Below are positions 8,812-18,700 of a stretch of DNA of 64,000 nt, piece after piece. Source of the stretch: Candidatus Omnitrophota bacterium (lineage in GTDB: Bacteria > Omnitrophota > Gorgyraeia > Zapsychrales > JANLHA01); contig JACKFI010000001.1 of the NCBI GenBank assembly GCA_020632555.1, positions 65,750 to 129,749 on the forward strand, written 5' to 3'. The position numbers were made by a program, and so were the translations under genes. Every line of letters begins with the position of its first letter. Within the stretch, counting starts at the first letter, position 1. Under the pieces are notes generated by a model. The model saw only the letters and a list, made by a program, of their open reading frames with translations, did not search any database and had not been told where the DNA came from.

Positions 8812-9690
8812 CTATTGCAACAACATCCGCACCGTCACGTCGGGATTTTGATATTTTTGCTGAGGTTTGTGATACCACAACCCAGCCGCCAATTGTCCCG
8901 GAAAATAATCGACATGAAATTTCATATGCGGCTGTTCTGGACTACCGTTATTGCAACCGCCAGAATAACCGCAACTTTGTCCCCGGTGGATATAATCTTT
9001 GAGCTGATAAACATCCTCAAATGCGCTGGCACCAGCCGTCAAAGCCGAGACACCATACGAATTGCGATCATCAAAATAAATGTAGGAAAACCCAAAATCC
9101 CGCGCGTTGAGCGCATCAACCCTCAATTGTTCCCGACAAAATTTCCCGTGCAAAGCCACACATTGCGCGAAATAGTGACTCACATTATAAACCAAAACCA
9201 ACTCTTTCTTTGCTGGATACCATACGGCTGATTGAGGCGGGCTGGGTTGAGCGGCAAAACAAATTGGGTCTGGATTAATAAAAGCATTGGTCGCGTCCAG
9301 CATTAGCAACAAATACGGGTTCAATAAAAACCGTGATTCTTCCGACACACCTTCAATACTCTTGGGCCCCGGACCAAAACAAAACTGGCCCTTAAAACCC
9401 CACCACGGCAAGCCGTCTTCTATCTGGCCAAAAATCGCCGGCGAATATTCATAAGAACCCTCAATCAAGTCAGAATGTTGTAAAACAGCTTGTTTGCGCA
9501 AAGCCATAACCTGCGCTTTGGTCATCGAATCAAATTCTTGTGGAGGATTAAAAGAGAGTGAAACGGCTTCTTGGCCGGTCCACTGTTCACCTGTTATGAG
9601 AGAAAAGGGCTGATCTGGTGCAGCATTTAAAGCTGAACAAATCCCCAACATTCCTAACATTACTATGAGAAACAGTCGTTTCACTGCCAT
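8812..9690 (-). CDS. Secreted hypothetical protein
   Basis: The ORF has a signal peptide (MAVKRLFLIVMLGMLGICSALNA). The track start at 9702 is a GTG; the first ATG is at 9690. I recognise no family. Confidence 0.6.
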   Translation of the reverse strand: MAVKRLFLIVMLGMLGICSALNAAPDQPFSLITGEQWTGQEAVSLSFNPPQEFDSMTKAQVMALRKQAVLQHSDLIEGSYEYSPAIFGQIEDGLPWWGFKGQFCFGPGPKSIEGVSEESRFLLNPYLLLMLDATNAFINPDPICFAAQPSPPQSAVWYPAKKELVLVYNVSHYFAQCVALHGKFCREQLRVDALNARDFGFSYIYFDDRNSYGVSALTAGASAFEDVYQLKDYIHRGQSCGYSGGCNNGSPEQPHMKFHVDYFPGQLAAGLWYHKPQQKYQNPDVTVRMLLQ

Positions 9691-9702
9691 AGAATGCCAC
9701 AC

Positions 9703-10128
9703 TTAAGCCAAACTGGCAAGCCAGCTAAAAACTTTATTTTTGATCTCTAGTTTGACCGCACGGACTTTTTGTAATTTCTCTTCTGCCGTGCCGGTGAATT
9801 TTGACGGATCGGTAAAGCCCCAATGCAGTTTGATGCCGCCGGGGAAAACCGGACAACGCTGCGCGCTAGCCTCATCACAGACGGTGATGACATAATCATA
9901 GACTTTTTTTGCCCGTAAAAGATCAGCGACCGCCTGTGTCTTTTTGCCGGTGATATCGATGCCGTCTTCTCGTAATGCTTCGACGACAATCGGATTCAAT
10001 TCTCCGGGTTCGATGCCTGCGCTTTCAACAGCAAAACGATCACCAGCTTGTTTGCGCAAGAGTTCTTCTGCCATCTGGCTGCGCGCGGAATTGTGAATAC
10101 AAACGAAAAGAACTGTTTTTTTACTCAT
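9703..10128 (-). CDS. arsC: Arsenate reductase, LMW-PTPase (thioredoxin-coupled) type
   Basis: The CX5R P-loop is VCIHNSARS. The downstream Cys pair context is ITVCDEASAQRCPVFPG. Confidence 0.9.
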   Translation of the reverse strand: MSKKTVLFVCIHNSARSQMAEELLRKQAGDRFAVESAGIEPGELNPIVVEALREDGIDITGKKTQAVADLLRAKKVYDYVITVCDEASAQRCPVFPGGIKLHWGFTDPSKFTGTAEEKLQKVRAVKLEIKNKVFSWLASLA

Positions 10129-10138
10129 GACGACAACC

Positions 10139-11098
10139 TCAACTGATTAAAATGTTTTGCAAATAGTTTAAAAGATACCCAATCAAAATAATAGCAACGG
10201 TGGTGATGCCAAAAAAAATGAGAATCAGACGCAACTTCATCGCCCGCCGCAACATGATAGCTTCCGGTAAACTTAAAGCGGCAACAGCCATCATAAACGC
10301 CAGCGACGTTCCCAGCGGTATTCCTTTTTGGAAAAGCACAACCGCAATGGGCACAATAGCCGCGCAACTGCCGTACATCGGAACCCCAATCACCGTCGCA
10401 ATCGGCACCGAAAAAATTCCAGTTTTGCTAATCAAAGCCTGGATGGTTTCTTGCGCAACATAATTGTGAATCGCCGCGCCAATGCCGACCCCGACCAAAA
10501 CCCACAGCCAAATTTTTTGAACAATATCTACAGCTTCCTGAAAGCCAAAAACGACACGAGATTTAAAACTGCCGCTGACAGTTGTCGCCTCACTTTGGGA
10601 CTGAGGAACCATATCTTCAACCAGATATTTTTCCATCTTCAGCTTATCCAGCACCATCCCAGAAGCAATGCCGACGATAAAACCACTTACAACATAAACC
10701 ACGGTAATCTTCCAGCCGAAGAATCCCAATAATAAAACAACCAGATATTCATTGATCAAAGGTGAAGTGACAATAAAAGCGAAACACGCCCCGAGAGGAA
10801 TACCGGCTTTGACAAAACTCAAAAACAAAGGAATCGACGAGCAAGAACAAAACGGTGTCACAGCACCAAAGAACGCCGCAACACAATACCCGCCAATGCC
10901 CTTAGTCTCCATCCACGCTTTGACTTTTTCTTGCGGAAGAAATGTGCGTAAAACGCCAATGACAAAAATCATCCCGAATAAGAGCAATAAAATCTTAATC
11001 GAATCATACACAAAAAAATTAACCGCCGCCCCTAAGCGCGTCGCCGGGTCCATATGAAAAATTTGATACACCAGCCAATCGGCAAATTCTAGCAGCAT
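10139..11098 (-). CDS. Permease of the ArsP/YraQ (PF03773-like) family
   Basis: It is a multi-pass membrane protein with the family-typical [12 protein letters not shown] motif. It is adjacent to arsC. Confidence 0.8.
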   Translation of the reverse strand: MLLEFADWLVYQIFHMDPATRLGAAVNFFVYDSIKILLLLFGMIFVIGVLRTFLPQEKVKAWMETKGIGGYCVAAFFGAVTPFCSCSSIPLFLSFVKAGIPLGACFAFIVTSPLINEYLVVLLLGFFGWKITVVYVVSGFIVGIASGMVLDKLKMEKYLVEDMVPQSQSEATTVSGSFKSRVVFGFQEAVDIVQKIWLWVLVGVGIGAAIHNYVAQETIQALISKTGIFSVPIATVIGVPMYGSCAAIVPIAVVLFQKGIPLGTSLAFMMAVAALSLPEAIMLRRAMKLRLILIFFGITTVAIILIGYLLNYLQNILIS

Positions 11099-11238
11099 GA
11101 TCCGCCCTTAGGTTTATTCGACGAGCAACAACCTGTGTCTTTGGCTTTTTCTTCTAACTTTTTATCCAAACGTTCAAACAATTTGGCAAAAAAACCTTTT
11201 TTCTTTTCGGGTTCTTGTTTTTGGGCAGCTTGATTCAT
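11089..11238 (-). CDS. Small Cys-rich protein (49 aa), translationally coupled to the permease
   Basis: It is absent from the track because it is under 60 aa. My translation is [55 protein letters not shown] lies 7 nt upstream of ATG 11238, and its stop overlaps the permease ATG by 10 nt. Confidence 0.55.
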   Translation of the reverse strand: MNQAAQKQEPEKKKGFFAKLFERLDKKLEEKAKDTGCCSSNKPKGGSCC

Positions 11239-11271
11239 AACAACTCCTTTGGTAGAAACTATTAACCTGCG

Positions 11272-12552
11272 TTAAAATCCCAACATCCGTGAAATCAGCG
11301 GGAAAACAAACAACCCCGCCGACAAAACAACCAAAACACCCGTCGTAGTCCAAGCAGTGACATTCTGGAATGGATTATTGACGTGCGCTCCCATGATATC
11401 TTTATTATTGACCATAATCACCATGGAAATCAAAACCAGCGGCAAAAGAATCGCATTAAAAATTTGTGTCCAAATTGTAATGTGAATCAAAGGCGCGTTG
11501 GGAATCAAAATGATCGCCACCCCAAAAGTCATAATCGACGCGAACAAAGTATAAAATTGCGGCGCCTCTTCCACCCTTTTGTCAATACCCGCCTCAAAAC
11601 CAAAGGCCTGACAAATATAAAACGATGTCGCTAATGGCAAAATGGTCGCGGAAAAGACCGATGCGATAAATAAACCGAAAGCAAAAACTTCCGACGCGAA
11701 AGCTCCCGCAAAAGGTTTCAATGCCATTGCCGCATCCTTGGCCTCATTGATCACAATACCGTTGTGATGCAAAGTCGCCGCGCAGGACACAATGATAAAG
11801 AAAGCCACCACCACGGTCACCGCGCATCCGACTACCACATCAATCAAAGCCCATTTGTATTCTTCGGGTTTCGTCCCCCGTTCTATGACAGCACTCTGCA
11901 TATAAAACTGCATCCACGGCGCAATGGTCGTTCCAATCATACCCAGCACCAAAATCAAATATTCTTTTTCAAAACGAATATGGGGCTTGATCACCGCGAT
12001 ACCAATCTCCCCCCAATGAGGTTGTGCCAAAACCGCCGAAACAATATACGACAGTAAACAAAAACTGAATAATAAAAAAATCCGCTCTGTGACTTTATAA
12101 TTGCCCTTGGTCACCAAAAACCACACCCCCAGCGCAGTGACGGGAACAGAAATATATTTGCTGATACCAAAAATTTGCAAACTGCCAGCCACCCCGGCAA
12201 ACTCGGTGGCGGTATTGCCAATGTCGGCGAGAAACAATCCTAAAAATAAAAAAAACGAAAACTTCACACCGAAATTTTCGCGAATCAAATCTGCCAAACC
12301 CTTGCCGGTATAAATGCCCATGCGCAAATTCATTTCTTGAACAACAATCAAAGCCACAAAGCATGGAATCAGCGTCCAAATCAAATCATACCCATACATC
12401 GCGCCAGCGACGGAATATGTAGTAATCCCGCCGGCATCATTGTCGACGCTGCCGGTAATGACCCCGGGGCCCAAAATCGCGGCAAAAAATACAATATTGC
12501 GTACCAGCGGGGTTTCACGAATTTTTTCAAATAGTTTTCTTAAAATGGTCAT
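11272..12552 (-). CDS. mntH: NRAMP-family divalent metal (Mn2+/Fe2+) transporter
   Basis: It has 11-12 TM helices and the N-terminal NRAMP signature region GPGVITGSVDNDAGGITTYSVAG. Confidence 0.9.
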   Translation of the reverse strand: MTILRKLFEKIRETPLVRNIVFFAAILGPGVITGSVDNDAGGITTYSVAGAMYGYDLIWTLIPCFVALIVVQEMNLRMGIYTGKGLADLIRENFGVKFSFFLFLGLFLADIGNTATEFAGVAGSLQIFGISKYISVPVTALGVWFLVTKGNYKVTERIFLLFSFCLLSYIVSAVLAQPHWGEIGIAVIKPHIRFEKEYLILVLGMIGTTIAPWMQFYMQSAVIERGTKPEEYKWALIDVVVGCAVTVVVAFFIIVSCAATLHHNGIVINEAKDAAMALKPFAGAFASEVFAFGLFIASVFSATILPLATSFYICQAFGFEAGIDKRVEEAPQFYTLFASIMTFGVAIILIPNAPLIHITIWTQIFNAILLPLVLISMVIMVNNKDIMGAHVNNPFQNVTAWTTTGVLVVLSAGLFVFPLISRMLGF

Positions 12553-12744
12553 AGCTGTGGCAATTTGCGATTATTAATATTGTTCAACTTGCTGATTTGG
12601 ATAATCCTTTTTAGGCTCAAGTGTTTGGTGCCTCTATGGCGCAATTCGCCTTAAAAAAGATTTTCCAAATCAAGTGCATAAGCCTGCACAATAATAAACG
12701 ATATCTTATCTTTGAGGAAGAATTATTTCTGCAATGAAGCATAC

Positions 12745-12772
12745 AAAAAAGTAGGAGTTGTCCCTACTTTTT
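12745..12772 (-). terminator. Weak hairpin/T-tract overlapping the stop of the 2269-aa gene
   Basis: The sequence is aaaaaaGTAGGagttgtcCCTACttttt. The stem is short and can extend through A:T pairs. Confidence 0.35.
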
Positions 12773-15700
12773 AATGGCGGAGGCTAGCTGATTGTCGGAA
12801 TCAACGCTGGACATTCCTAAAAACATATCGATGGTCGCGACCGGCACCACTTCAATGATCAGCGGTACAAAACGGTCGGAGGGCATGGCATTGAGCATAC
12901 TGGGATCCAACAAGAATTCTGGCGCTGGGAAAACAGCCAAGGAGGCAGAATCCCCAGTGACATTCATTTTTAACAGACGTGGATTCAAATCAATACCACC
13001 GGGCGCAGTCGCATTAGCGCTCGCGGTTAAGGCCGAGCTGGATACCTGCGGGAGAACTGTTTCTTCATTCGACTGTGTTACAGTTTGCTTGTTAAACTCT
13101 TGAGCTGATTCATCAACAGCAGCCGCATTCTGTTGAGGTAAAGTAGTTTGTTCAACAGCTGTTTCTTTTTTCTTTGGTGGAAAATTTGCTAATGGATCAG
13201 CCCCTCTAAACTCAACCGGTTTTTCACTTTTCATTCGCGGAATAGCGGTTGATAAAACACCGGTGCGGAAGAATGTCTTGGAGCGATCCCAAATTTGCAC
13301 CATCCATTTGCCGAATTTAAAGGTCGTTGCATATCGATAGGCTGATTCAATAAAAACTTTTTCGCCAATGAGCCGTCCATAAAGATCGAAACTGTGATGA
13401 TAAAAATCCAAAACCCGCGGCGTGGGAAGATGAATATCTGGAGCGCCAATATTCATTTTATGTTGTGCTCCCGCCGGAACATTTTTGGCGTCTTTGCCGC
13501 GGAAGATGACAAAAATTTCGGCGCCGGCTTTCATGAACTGCCCAAGAATTCCATTTTTGACCGCGGCCACTTGCTGTATGCTTAAAGCAACTTGATCTTG
13601 TGCTGTCGATTCATACGGCATACCAAAAAGCGCCAAAGTGCCGCGAGCAATACGCGGCAAAAGCTTAGCAGCCAATGAGTCGGTCGGGTCCGTGCTCAAA
13701 ACATGCATGTGCATCGACGCTGGTGCTTGCGAACCAAGCTTCACAGCATACATTTCCCCTGATTCTCTTACCAATAAGGACGGATCATTGACAGCCAAGG
13801 TTGTTCCCGATAACCTCGCCCAGCGTGGCCGCTGGCTAAACCAGCGATAAATCCACACCGTAAACTGCCATTGAAACAGCAAAGCAATGGTCGCGTCAGC
13901 CATATGCACAGCGATGGCTATTGCGTTGAAACCAGCCGGCAACGGCGCACCGCTCAAAGACTCAAACAAACTTTGTACCGGAGCCGCAAGCAGAAAAACA
14001 CCAATGACAAATAATCGAAAGTACAAATTCGTAAACGGTCCCTCCAATATCGTTTTACCAACATGTTCCCCTTTTTTGTTCAACATCTCATGAACTTCTG
14101 TTGTCTGAGGCTCTCCTTGGACATTAACACCCACCAAACGCGCCGCTTCCTCAACTAAAATGTCATCCCGCAAACGTTCCAACTCAGCAATCTCATTGTT
14201 GTTCATGGTCATACCAAAGGGCTGACGATGCGGATACAATTGACGAAAATGCTGGGCCAAATAAATCACCAATTCAATATTATTAATAAACAATGCGATT
14301 TCACCGGCACTGATTGCTTCTGATGGATAATAATCTCCCGTATAAAAAATGCGCTGACAAAACGGGGAATCCTTTAAATATTTTTGTCCCAGCGCAAAGC
14401 CAACCAAGGTGTCTGCTCGTGAAGTGCTGGCAAAAACTCGACCCGGCATCATGCGCATTAAACGCGCAACAACCCCTTTGCTGGGTGCTGTCCCGCCCGA
14501 CTTGGACGTGACCATGGCAACCGTCCGCCGGCCAACGCCATCATGACCACTTAAACTCAAAGCCTTATTCGACGACAGATTTAATCTTCGCATTTTAGGA
14601 AAAACGACATGATACAAATCATCTAACGCCTCTCCCAAATGTTCAGAATTTTCATAACCTGTGCTCACAGCATCAATTTCGCCGGCACCAATAGGAACAT
14701 CCTGACCTCCCTGCGCAATAGCATCGTCAAGCCATTGTTGAAAAAATTTAAAATCATTATTAGCAATTCGCTGGCCAATCCTTTTTAATTCACGATAAAA
14801 TTGCAGTTGTAAGGACCGCTCAAACTCATCCTGAATCTCCGGCAAGTCATCTTCTGTTATTTCTTCGGCAATCATCTGATGTGCTAATTGATCTGCCTTC
14901 TGTTCAATGATGCGATCAAGATAATCGGTAAAATAAGGAATAATGCTGTCATTCTGTACTTCATGCAAAATGCGAGCTTTAGTTTCACGGCCTTGCGGCG
15001 TTGTTGTATCCATCACATTATCAATGATCACGCCCAAATTATTAGTTATCTCGCCTTGTCTGCGTCCGTAAACCAAACTATTGGTTTTCAAATATGTTTC
15101 TAAATCTCGCGCGACAAATTGATTCAACATAGCTGCCGCTGTCTGACGAGCATGGGAATGTTCATTGTCCCAATCGCCGCGCAATTCTGCGGCGATAGCA
15201 GGAATCTTTTCCAAATCCTCTTTGGTTTTATTGCTTGAATCTTTATAAACCAAGGGCTTGCGAAAATACGGACTATCTTCTGCTTGTGGATAAGAATTAC
15301 CGAGGATTTCATCATGCGTTAAAGAACGATTTTCTGCGAATGAATAAACGTCCAAACTAAATAAAGGACCATTTTTATTATCAAAAACCGTAACATCCGC
15401 CATTTGTCCCGGCTCCTGCGAATCCAAAATAATAATATTTTCCAAGGGCCCTCTTTGGCCATGATCGTACATCATCGCCGAATGTTCCGAACTAAACTCG
15501 ACGTAGCGGCCAACAGTGCTATAACCAATCGCTAAACCCTGTTCATTGGCATACAGCGTAAAACTATTGGGGTGTAAAGAATCCTTGGCCTGAACCCCGA
15601 ACGTGCCTTTGGCCACTTGTGCAAATTCACGCACTGACGTTGCGCGATCACCAACGAAGAATCGTTCAACCAAAAGATCGACAAACGCTTTGAGCGTCTG

Positions 15701-18700
15701 ATCATTATGGCGGCGCCACTGCCGAATCAAAATCCCTTGGGCCGTCGCTTGTTTCCCGTCTTCAATTTCGTCACGCACGTCCATCAATCTTTGCAGCAGT
15801 GTCGCGCGAAAATGTTCCAAAGCTTGAAATTGAGGCGCCCAGCGAGCATCAGCGTTGACCATGTCTGGAGTGGCCCAAAGATCAACATAACCTTTATTCT
15901 CTTTGGACAAACCCAGTCGCACTAACTGATCAGACTGCTCAACAAACACGCCTTGAATAAACTGTGTGATCAAATTCATTTGTTCTGCAGTCATCACGTG
16001 ATCAACAACTTCTTGCCGATTGTGATGCACCGCATTGGTATAGGCGTAGCGTAAAGATGATTTCCAATTGCCCTGCGTTAATCCAAACAATATTTGCAAA
16101 GCAATCGGCGGCGAATCCCCATTAACAATGCGATGCTTGGCTGGCAAATTCCCATGTTCATCACGTTCGGTAACCCACTGATACGCATCTCCCAATTCAT
16201 ATTGATAAATCTCGGCATAATAATCCCGCAATTGGGCAGTATCCATTTCCTGCCCGAACATCGTCACTTGCAAATCTGATTTTTGCAAATCCTCCCAAAT
16301 ATCATCATATTGAGCCTCTTTGATTTCTGGCGGACGAGACGCTGAGCCATCTTCGTTACGAACCAAACGTACGGTATCCTGCGCGACTTCTTCTAATTTA
16401 CCTTGCGCAATCAATGCATCCAAAATTCCATTTCCCTTGGGATCCGCTTGCGAAAATCTAAACTTAGCAATAGCACGCAAATTATCTCCATTGGCGGCAA
16501 TGGAAACAATCACTTGATCGGGCTGACTTGCAAAACGTCCGTCTTGTATGACCCAATTGTCCTGAATGGCAAAATCACCTTCTCCTTTTCTCCACAAACC
16601 AAATAATCCAGCGGCCAATTGATTATCCGTCGTCGTGAAAGGATGCGCTGCTGCCAGCAAGCTGGCCCCGCCGGTCGGCAAACGAACATGTCCGGTAACA
16701 CCATGAACACGACTTTTAGAATGAGCAACAATCTTTTTGCCGACAGCTTTTTTAACGGTTTTGCGAAACTTGCGATCCAAAGATTTGAACAAATCCCCTC
16801 CGCGTTTGGCTTTTAACACTTTGGCCACCAATGCGACTGTTTTTTGCTGGGCTTGATTCCACGCAAAAGTCATCATCCCCGATGACTCGCCGCCGCGCAA
16901 AGTTAATAATTCTAAATGCCTGCCCAATAAAACTGACACCCAGCGAGGATAAATACGCTCTTGTGGATTAGCTGGTTTTTCATTCTCATCGTCAACCCAA
17001 TAAATACCAAAATTACCGCAAGCGATAATAAACCATTGCATCAGCGAACCAGTCGCGTGATCAACAAAAGAAAAATAAGCCGCGAGCCCTGCCGCCAAAG
17101 AGGCCCAAGCTATACTTGCCGCGAGGGAATTGCGCCAACTTCGACCAGAGCCAGATTGCCCTTTATCCTTAAACACACCCATCGCGCCGGGTAAATTTTT
17201 CTGCCCCCCAGCCGCTTGAGACTGGGAAATGGCGGTCGCTGATTTTCTTTGCGCTAAAATCTCTTCTGCTCGCAAAGCCTCATCTTGATCAGGAACTGTA
17301 GCAATCCCTGATGGAACCGTAAAACCAACAGACTCTTGATGGGCCTTCTGAGCAAAAGCAAGTTCTTCATCCATCGGGACTTGAGCCTGACGACTTGAAA
17401 CAATAAAATCATTTTTAATTGTGGGCTTTTGTATCAACGTCTCCTGGGCAACTTCCTCAACGTATTGTTGCACCGGTTCAACTTTCTTTGCCTCTGATGT
17501 TGATAGGGCATTGGCTCGCACTGCGCCATAGGCTCTGGGTTCGAAGGTCACGGCCCGTACCACATTGACAACGCGCTCATTGACTATCGCCCAATTAACC
17601 AAAGGTTGGGCAGGATCGGCGGACAATCGATTTGATTTTTTATCTTGTCCCGCAAACTTTTGTCCTGCCGCGCTCAGTAAACCAAAACTCGCCAACATTA
17701 AACCTAAAATAGTCCACGAAACAACTGACGGAATGGATTCAATTTTTGTTGTAGCAACGATATCTGATGTGGAAATACTGGATGGTTCGACAACGACGGG
17801 CTGGGCACTGGGCTTTTCTGCCGAAGCCCTAGCGGCTGGGGGTAGCGACGCAACTTTGCTAACATCGGTGGCATTAAGAAAACTAGCTGGAATCACATAT
17901 GTTTTGCCGGCGGTGATTTTGTCCTGATCACTGATTTGCATCGCTTGCGCGACTTTTTCAACCGCACCACTTTTACCCCACAGATGACCGTCTAATAAAT
18001 CTGAACTGCCTTTAACTTTTTGCGCTTTTAATGTCTGCACAATATCGCCCAATGTATCATTCTTCTCAACGTGAATGATCATGCCGCGATCTTTTTGAAA
18101 ATCAAATTGCGCCGCCTGCGTTTGTGTCACGAAACCCAATGTTGAAAATAAAAGTATGGTCGAAAGAGCAATGCCAATCGCTTTGCGCAGAGAACTGGTT
18201 TTTCTAAATAATTTACCAACAGATAAACCGAAAGCCGAGCCGGTAACTATTTTTGCAGGATCTATTAGCGCTGAAGCGGCCACCGCCTTGGGAGCAATTA
18301 ATTGCATTTGGTTGTACCAATTGACTCCCTGCGGATTTACCACAACCGAAGAAACACGATAACCAATCCCACCCTGATAACCGACCGAATGCACTTGCAA
18401 TCGGAGCAAGGCCGCAGGATTAGATGTTTCCCGATAGGCAGAAGGTTCTCCCGCCTTAAGTGAAGCGAAACCCGTAAAGGAAACTCCACCAGCAAAATAT
18501 TTGCGCGGAATCATTTCTTCCGTGACCGGGTCATAATCTTCACGAATGAAATTAAAAGCTCCTTTTTTAAACGCGGCTAAATACTGCTGATAAATTTTCT
18601 CTTTGATTTCCTTATCATCCACATCCACACCAGCGACTTTATTTTGGCCGACATACACTTTGCTAAAAAGATTATTGCGCAAATGCCGTTTAAACCAAGT

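Noticed and set aside
9703-11238. Calling the arsC, permease and small-ORF trio a canonical ars operon
   Set aside because: No arsR, arsB/acr3 or arsA is present. LMW-PTPase-type ArsC and PF03773 permeases also occur in non-arsenic contexts. I therefore kept only the gene-level calls.
12553-12600. AT-rich pseudo-palindrome (aacaatattaataatcgcaaat on the minus strand) just upstream of mntH as a Fur/MntR operator
   Set aside because: It has only loose hexamer resemblance to a Fur box. I cannot score it against a matrix here, and there is no second supporting feature.
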